DNA from: a virus
Reading direction: 5' to 3' (one strand)
IMG/VR virus record: IMGVR_UViG_3300046010_005562
Length of the DNA: 64,000 bases
Shown here: one piece after another, positions 58,378 to 64,000 of the stretch
How the letters are laid out: each line of letters begins with the position of its first letter
Position numbering within the stretch: the first letter of the stretch is position 1
Made by a program: the position numbers and the translations under genes
Notes under the pieces: generated by a model
The model's database searches: none
What the model was told of the DNA's origin: nothing
What the model saw: only the letters and a program-made list of their open reading frames with translations

Positions 58378-58713
58378 TTATAATTCAGTTATATTAGGAG
58401 TTATATCTATAGTTCCTTCTACTGCTCTAACGGTATCTTCATTTGAATATAATAAAACATCATATGAATATTTACCAGGATCTGTATTTGCTGTGATTCC
58501 ATAATCTAATGTTACTATTATTCTTCCTAATGTAGGTGGCTGAACAACAGAACAATCAAACTCAGCAATTAAACTTTCATTACTATATTTCTTTATTTGT
58601 GCTTTTGCTGTATATCCAGTAAGATCAAAAGGATTCTTATTTTTATCTAGAAAACTAAACATTCTTTCATATGTAGAATATCTGTCTACTGTTAGATTTT
58701 TTACAATTGCCAT
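58378..58713 (-). CDS. Conserved virion/baseplate-associated protein
   Basis: FDLTGYTAKAQIKK, GKYSYDV, RAVEG.I.ITP. Confidence 0.65.
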   Translation of the reverse strand: MAIVKNLTVDRYSTYERMFSFLDKNKNPFDLTGYTAKAQIKKYSNESLIAEFDCSVVQPPTLGRIIVTLDYGITANTDPGKYSYDVLLYSNEDTVRAVEGTIDITPNITEL

Positions 58714-58748
58714 GAGTAACCCTGTGTGATAAATAAATTTATATACTA

Positions 58749-58756
58749 TATTTATA
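58749..58756 (-). promoter_or_regulatory. Late promoter TATAAATA
   Basis: Exact consensus upstream of ORF 58713. Confidence 0.65.
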
Positions 58757-58773
58757 AAAATATTGAGGTTAAT

Positions 58774-59631
58774 ATGAAAATAATTGTTACTGGAGCTTGT
58801 GGTTTTATCGGATCAAATTTAATAAAAAGTTTGATAGAATCAGGAGAAACTGATATATTAGCTGTGGATTATCAACAAAGAGATTATATTATTAAACATA
58901 ATATTTTATTTACACCAGCAGATGTTTTTTATAATGATATAGATAGATATTGTAAGGAAACTCAAATAATATTTCACGAAGGGGCAATATCATCAACAAC
59001 AGAAACTGATTGGAAATCTTTATTTCATAAAAACGTAAATTGTTCATGGGATTTAATATATTATTGCAGAAATAATAATATACCATTGCAATATGCATCT
59101 TCAGCTTCTGTGTATGGAAACCCTTCAAAAGAAGAATGGAATAATCCAAATAAAGAAACTAATCCGTTAAATTTATATGCAAAATCAAAACAACAAGTAG
59201 ATTATGTTGCAGATTTAGTCATTAAATCCAGAAAACCTCCTAAACTTTTACAAGGATTAAGATATTTCAATGTATATGGTCCAAATGAAAATCATAAAGG
59301 AAATCAATCTAGTCCATATCATAAATTTACAAATCAATTAAATGAATATGGAAAAATAAAATTATTTGAAGGTTCTAAAGAATATTATAGAGATTTTATA
59401 TCTGTAGAAGATGTTATTAATACGAAATTGAAATTAATAAAAGAACATAATTCTGGCATATATGATGTTGGTACTGGAACTACCAAATCTTTTTATGATG
59501 TAGCAAAAGAAGTTTGTATAAAAAATGGCATAGAAAATTCAGAACAATATATTGAATGGATTCCTATGCCAGAAAATTTAAAAGAACATTATCAGAAATA
59601 TTCTTGTGCTATTTTAGATTATATTAAATAA
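58774..59631 (+). CDS. hldD: ADP-L-glycero-D-manno-heptose 6-epimerase (HldD/RfaD-like)
   Basis: IIVTGACGFIGSN, IFHEGAISSTTE, YASSASVYG, YAKSK, RYFNVYGP.E.HKG, YQKYS.A; GAGG RBS. Confidence 0.88.
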   Translation: MKIIVTGACGFIGSNLIKSLIESGETDILAVDYQQRDYIIKHNILFTPADVFYNDIDRYCKETQIIFHEGAISSTTETDWKSLFHKNVNCSWDLIYYCRNNNIPLQYASSASVYGNPSKEEWNNPNKETNPLNLYAKSKQQVDYVADLVIKSRKPPKLLQGLRYFNVYGPNENHKGNQSSPYHKFTNQLNEYGKIKLFEGSKEYYRDFISVEDVINTKLKLIKEHNSGIYDVGTGTTKSFYDVAKEVCIKNGIENSEQYIEWIPMPENLKEHYQKYSCAILDYIK

Positions 59632-61041
59632 AGATTTCTTTAATTTTTCTAATGGTTCTTTCCAAGTTCTAGGAGATTCTTGTCTGAATAAAAATACATT
59701 ATCACCATACCAAGGAGATTTTTCCATAGAATGAGACCAAACATAATAAGCAGAAATAGGTACAAAAATGCAAGTCCTTTTACCCATAGCAGCAGAAGCA
59801 TGAGCTACTGAAGTGCAGCTTGTTATTACAAGATCTAAATTTTCTATTACAGCTAGTGTATCTTCCCATGAATTTAATTTATCCCCAAGATCAATAAGTC
59901 CATGGAAATCTGATAATTCTTCTAAACCATTATCCTTTTGTAATGAATAAAAATCTGCGTCTATATGTTTTAAAGATTCATAAATTCCCTTTAAATCAAC
60001 TGATCTATGTAAATCATTATCATAGAAAGGATTTCCTTGCCATCTAATTCCAATCTTTAATTTTTCGCTAGTTTTTATATAACTCCATTTTTCTATATAT
60101 GATTCATCTGCTTTAATATAAGGTCCATACCATAAATCTTTATATTCTAAATTTAGATCTATTGGTAAATGCATAGATTGAGTATAATATACATCAGAAT
60201 CTGAAACTTCAGATAATTTTCTTATTACATTAAATCCTTGTCGTTCAAAAACTTTTAATATATCAGATCTTTCTGGATAGGAATTATACCAATAAGGAAT
60301 CATTCCTAAATCAGTAAGAGTTTTCATAAATCTAAAATTAATTATTTCATCGCCTATCCCAGCTTCAGCATGAACTATAATAGATTTACCAGGTCTTATA
60401 ATTCCATCCCACTTTTTAAAAGACTGAGCTTTTATTTTATTATTAAATGTTTCTAGATTTAAATTATTATTTCTAGCAAAAATAGATTCAGTATTCCAAA
60501 CCTTCATCTTAGCCCCTTGTTCTAAGAATAATCTTAATCCTTTTTGAAATTCATCTCTATATAGATAATAAGTACCTAGATTAAATTTAACTTTAGTTTC
60601 TATTTCTTCAGATAATTCAAAATTTGATAATAAATTTTGTAAAATTTCTTCTGCTTCATCTCTTCTAGTTAATAGATAAAATGAATATGCTTTAGCTAAT
60701 AAATTGTCTACATTATTTGGAATGACATGTTCGTTTTGTTCAATATATTTTAAAGCTATTTCTGGATAATTTGCATGTTGGTATACATTAATTAAATTTT
60801 CCCTAGCAAAATATAAACGCTGACTATCTGGAGCTAATACTAAAGCTTTCAAACCATATTCTATAGAAGAATTATAATCTTTTAATCTAAAGAAACATTT
60901 AGCAATATTATCATATTCATCATATGATCTAGAAACTTTAGAAAATGTTTCCAAAATTTCAACAGCTAATTCTTTTTTCTTTAATCTTTCTAATGTTAAA
61001 ATTATTGGTTCTAAATCAGAAATTCCCATTTTAGTTGTCAT
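59614..61041 (-). CDS. TPR-containing GT9 (heptosyltransferase-like) glycosyltransferase
   Basis: TPR-like N-terminus; EAGIGDEI.FR, IGIRWQGNP..D..RS, DTLA.I..LDLVITSCTSVAH.SAAMGK. Confidence 0.8.
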   Translation of the reverse strand: MTTKMGISDLEPIILTLERLKKKELAVEILETFSKVSRSYDEYDNIAKCFFRLKDYNSSIEYGLKALVLAPDSQRLYFARENLINVYQHANYPEIALKYIEQNEHVIPNNVDNLLAKAYSFYLLTRRDEAEEILQNLLSNFELSEEIETKVKFNLGTYYLYRDEFQKGLRLFLEQGAKMKVWNTESIFARNNNLNLETFNNKIKAQSFKKWDGIIRPGKSIIVHAEAGIGDEIINFRFMKTLTDLGMIPYWYNSYPERSDILKVFERQGFNVIRKLSEVSDSDVYYTQSMHLPIDLNLEYKDLWYGPYIKADESYIEKWSYIKTSEKLKIGIRWQGNPFYDNDLHRSVDLKGIYESLKHIDADFYSLQKDNGLEELSDFHGLIDLGDKLNSWEDTLAVIENLDLVITSCTSVAHASAAMGKRTCIFVPISAYYVWSHSMEKSPWYGDNVFLFRQESPRTWKEPLEKLKKSLFNII

Positions 61042-61582
61042 CTTTCACCACAACTAATTTGATTTTAGTATCACTATAAACATTATTAAATCTTTCTGAA
61101 ATTTCTTGAATTTCTTCAAACCTTCCTTGTTCTACTAGAGGAAGATATCTATTTTCTATAATATAATCAAATTCTAATACTTCAAAATCAACATTTAAAG
61201 TAAGCCCGAACCCAGAAGCTGAACCATATGTGTCAATATGCCAACGGTTATATTTCTTACTGAATTTCTTAAACATTTCAACTGTTATTGGTCTAACGTG
61301 AGTAGGATCTCCAAAATAGTTTTCGTGTCTATGATGAGGGACTTCAATATCAATAATAGCCCCATCTTTACATACTCTATAAATTTCTTGCATAAGAGAT
61401 AAAAATCCATCTCCAATGTGCTCTAGAATATGATGAGCTTTAATTTCTTCTACTGAATTATCTTCGAATGGTAATTTATCTTTATTTAAGTTTACCAAAA
61501 AGTCTGGATTGGTTAATTCATCAGAATCTACATTTAAAAATCCATCAAATCTTTTTAAACCACCACCAATATTAATTTTCAT
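61031..61582 (-). CDS. SAM-dependent methyltransferase (type 11-like)
   Basis: INIGGG, LNVD, LPFEDNSV, HILEH, DPTH. Confidence 0.85.
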   Translation of the reverse strand: MKINIGGGLKRFDGFLNVDSDELTNPDFLVNLNKDKLPFEDNSVEEIKAHHILEHIGDGFLSLMQEIYRVCKDGAIIDIEVPHHRHENYFGDPTHVRPITVEMFKKFSKKYNRWHIDTYGSASGFGLTLNVDFEVLEFDYIIENRYLPLVEQGRFEEIQEISERFNNVYSDTKIKLVVVKDDN

Positions 61583-61941
61583 TTTGTATCACCTTGTATT
61601 ATATAATATGTATTATTTTCTTTAACCCAATTTTCAATAAAATCTATAATAGCTTGTTCTATATGATTTTCCATCTGTATAACTTTTAGAAATTGTTTTT
61701 TATTTAAATCAATTTCAACTGATATAAGAACCTTACTTTCAGTTGGTTTCATCCAATCTGGAAATAATCCTTGACTCCATGCACATTGATATTTTGAACA
61801 AGTTTCAGGTCTTGTAGTATATATGGAACATTTTTTATTGCATAAAAATAAGCAAGGTATTCCATTACCAAACTTATTCCCATATGAATTTGAAATTAAC
61901 CAGCCGTCACAACAAGCTGTACATTCCCCACATTCTTTCAT
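61579..61941 (-). CDS. Cys-cluster (YkgJ/CxxCxxCC-like) protein
   Basis: CGECTACC...C.FL...CSIY.TRP..C..YQC.W. Confidence 0.7.
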   Translation of the reverse strand: MKECGECTACCDGWLISNSYGNKFGNGIPCLFLCNKKCSIYTTRPETCSKYQCAWSQGLFPDWMKPTESKVLISVEIDLNKKQFLKVIQMENHIEQAIIDFIENWVKENNTYYIIQGDTK

Positions 61942-62721
61942 TTAATATCGCCAAACTTCTAGGTCTTTAAATTTATGTTGAATGTCTGGAGGTAATATCA
62001 TTTGACGTTCTATCCATTTAACTTCTTTTCTGGTTGTATGTAAACCTTTTATATTAACATCTGCATCAAATTCATCATGAGATGATTCTACATTATTAAA
62101 ATCATGTTGATAATACGGTTGATTTATGAAATTATATATTGCTTTCATCATACCTTCTGGATTTTTACAAAGCTGTTCATATTCAACTAACATAATCATA
62201 TTTTTTTCTTCTGAAGTTATAGCTTGTTTTAGAGATAGATAAGCGAACCCTACTGTAGAATCTTCTCTCATTAGATAATCACATCTAGAGTAAACCGTAG
62301 ATGCAAATTCATCAGGAATCATAAGAGATTTATCATATGGATTTTTTCTGTATAAAGTTTCAAAAGAATCAAGAACCCAATTTAAATCTCTTACACACAT
62401 GATAATTTTTGTATAAGGATAAATGTCTTTTAAAAATGGAGTTAGTAATCCCCATCCTCTATTAGTATCGAAAAAGACTTTTTTATTTGGAGTATCATAA
62501 TAATTATCAAATATACCTTCAATAATTTTTTTGCGTTTGTCTGGAGGACATTGATGCCTATAACCAGACATAGCTGAAGATTGTTCTATTATAGCTCTAG
62601 TAAATCTAGCTAAAGGACCAGAAATAGATGCTTGAAATTTAGGGTTTTGATTAAGGATTGCAGAAAGAAGGGTTGTTCCTGAACGAGGCAACCCTGAAAT
62701 AAAATAGTATTTTTTGTTCAT
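61942..62721 (-). CDS. Sulfotransferase family protein
   Basis: SGLPRSGTTLL PAPS-binding loop; VRD...VLDS; YEQL. Confidence 0.85.
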   Translation of the reverse strand: MNKKYYFISGLPRSGTTLLSAILNQNPKFQASISGPLARFTRAIIEQSSAMSGYRHQCPPDKRKKIIEGIFDNYYDTPNKKVFFDTNRGWGLLTPFLKDIYPYTKIIMCVRDLNWVLDSFETLYRKNPYDKSLMIPDEFASTVYSRCDYLMREDSTVGFAYLSLKQAITSEEKNMIMLVEYEQLCKNPEGMMKAIYNFINQPYYQHDFNNVESSHDEFDADVNIKGLHTTRKEVKWIERQMILPPDIQHKFKDLEVWRY

Positions 62722-62751
62722 ATAAAATTCCCATGATAAAATTCACAAAAG

Positions 62752-62759
62752 TATTTATA
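62752..62759 (-). promoter_or_regulatory. Late promoter TATAAATA for the sulfotransferase-GT operon
   Basis: Exact consensus in intergenic DNA. Confidence 0.7.
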
Positions 62760-62764
62760 TTGAT

Positions 62765-63919
62765 TTACATGTCATCTTTTACTATTACAGTATTATATCC
62801 AGCCATAGCTGAGGTTGAGACTTGTTTCCAATTGGTCCCAAAAGCTATAGTTTGGACAGGAGAACTTTTAGAGTCTACCGTATTATCTCCTAATTGTCCT
62901 CTACTATTATTTCCCCAAGTCCATAATGTTCCATCAGTTTTAATGGCTGCTGTATTCACATAACCGGCAGAAACTTGTTTCCAGTTAGTTCCAAATGTTA
63001 TAGTTTGAACAGGGGAACTTTTTATTGTTCTTGTATTATCACCTAATTGACCGTTACCATTATCTCCCCAAGTCCATAAGGTTCCATTAGTTTTAATGGC
63101 TGCTGTATGATACCCACAAGATACCTGTTTCCAGTTAGTACCAAATGCTACAGTTTGAACAGGGGAACTTTTATCTGTTGTTGTATTATCACCTAATTGT
63201 CCCCTGATATTATCTCCCCAAGTCCATAAGGTTCCATCAGTTTTAATAGCTGCTGTATGATATCTGCCAGCAGAAACTTGTTTCCAGTTAGTACCAAATG
63301 CTACTGTTTGAACTGGAGAACTTTTATTAGTTATTGTATTATCACCTAATTGACCATTATTATTATACCCCCAAGTCCATAAGGTTCCATCAGTTTTAAT
63401 AGCTGCTGTGTGATATCCGCAAGCTACTTGTTTCCAATTATTACCAAATGCTACTGTTTGAACTGGAGAACTTTTACGAGATGTTGAATTATCACCTAAT
63501 TGTCCGTATGTATTATCCCCCCAAGTCCATAATGTTCCATCTGTCTTTATTGCTGCTGTGTAGTTACTTCCAGCATCAACTTGTTTCCAATTAGTTCCGA
63601 ATGTAATTGTTTGAACTGGAGAACTTCTGCTGGTTATTGTATTATCTCCTAAATTACCAAAATTAACTCCCCAATTCCATAGAGTTCCATCAGTCTTAAT
63701 AGCTGCTGTATGGCTTGCTCCAGAAGAAGCTTGTTTCCAATTAGTTCCCCAAGCAATTGTTTGAACTGGAGAACTTCTGTTAGTTGTTGTATTATCTCCT
63801 AATTGACCGTTAATATTATAACCACAAAGCCACAATCCACCTTCTGAGAAAATATCTCTTGGTACTAATAAATCCCCAAGATCAGAGCCATCTGAAATTG
63901 TAAATCCTATCTTAGCCAT
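62765..63919 (-). CDS. RCC1-repeat beta-propeller protein
   Basis: Seven ~51-aa repeats GTLWTWG.N..GQLGDN....KSSPVQT..FGTNWKQVS.G..HTAAIKT. Confidence 0.92.
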   Translation of the reverse strand: MAKIGFTISDGSDLGDLLVPRDIFSEGGLWLCGYNINGQLGDNTTTNRSSPVQTIAWGTNWKQASSGASHTAAIKTDGTLWNWGVNFGNLGDNTITSRSSPVQTITFGTNWKQVDAGSNYTAAIKTDGTLWTWGDNTYGQLGDNSTSRKSSPVQTVAFGNNWKQVACGYHTAAIKTDGTLWTWGYNNNGQLGDNTITNKSSPVQTVAFGTNWKQVSAGRYHTAAIKTDGTLWTWGDNIRGQLGDNTTTDKSSPVQTVAFGTNWKQVSCGYHTAAIKTNGTLWTWGDNGNGQLGDNTRTIKSSPVQTITFGTNWKQVSAGYVNTAAIKTDGTLWTWGNNSRGQLGDNTVDSKSSPVQTIAFGTNWKQVSTSAMAGYNTVIVKDDM

Positions 63920-64000
63920 TATCTTTTCCTTTTAATCTGTATAATTGTACTAAACGTTGATGTGTTAAACTATGAAATAGCCAAGGTCTGAAAATTATTC

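Noticed and set aside
3757-63000. Short antisense or alternative-frame ORFs in the track (e.g. 17668-18039, 46924-47418, 47881-48342, 55187-55513, 57006-57398)
   Set aside because: They are shadows of well-supported genes or by-products of repeats, with no recognisable motifs.
1-64000. tRNA/rRNA genes, stop-codon reassignment, additional inteins in gp41/gp43/gp17
   Set aside because: No cloverleaf was seen in the short intergenic gaps, and core genes are full length and uninterrupted under the standard code.
63971-64000. 3' end of an upstream minus-strand gene (NNFQTLAIS-stop)
   Set aside because: Too short to support a call.

Overview
AT-rich segment of a T4-like (distant T-even/'far-T4') myophage genome, almost entirely on the minus strand. 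Read from high to low coordinates it contains: a surface-modification cluster (RCC1-repeat protein, sulfotransferase, methyltransferase, TPR-GT9-like transferase, ADP-heptose epimerase); two very long Ala/Asn-heptad fibre genes; the gp13-gp23 neck/terminase/tail/head module; a GIY-YIG endonuclease; an inverted Alt-like ADP-ribosyltransferase; gp3-uvsY-uvsW-gp55-gp47-gp46; gp45-gp44-gp62-regA-hsp20; gp43; uvsX; gp41; and a second glycosyltransferase cluster. The strongest signal is a fractured uvsX recombinase gene. It is broken into two ORFs carrying the halves of a naturally split intein (IntN 91 aa, IntC 35 aa, Thr+1), separated by a MobE-like HNH endonuclease whose RBS and AUG lie in a hairpin overlapping a late promoter. 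Other candidates are a ROSE-like thermometer and pseudoknot upstream of hsp20, an apparent AUU-start repeat protein missed by the ORF track, protease-released head cargo modules, and a possible virion-glycosylation system acting on A/S-N-T/V motifs. All family calls come from motif recognition by eye; no database searches were run.
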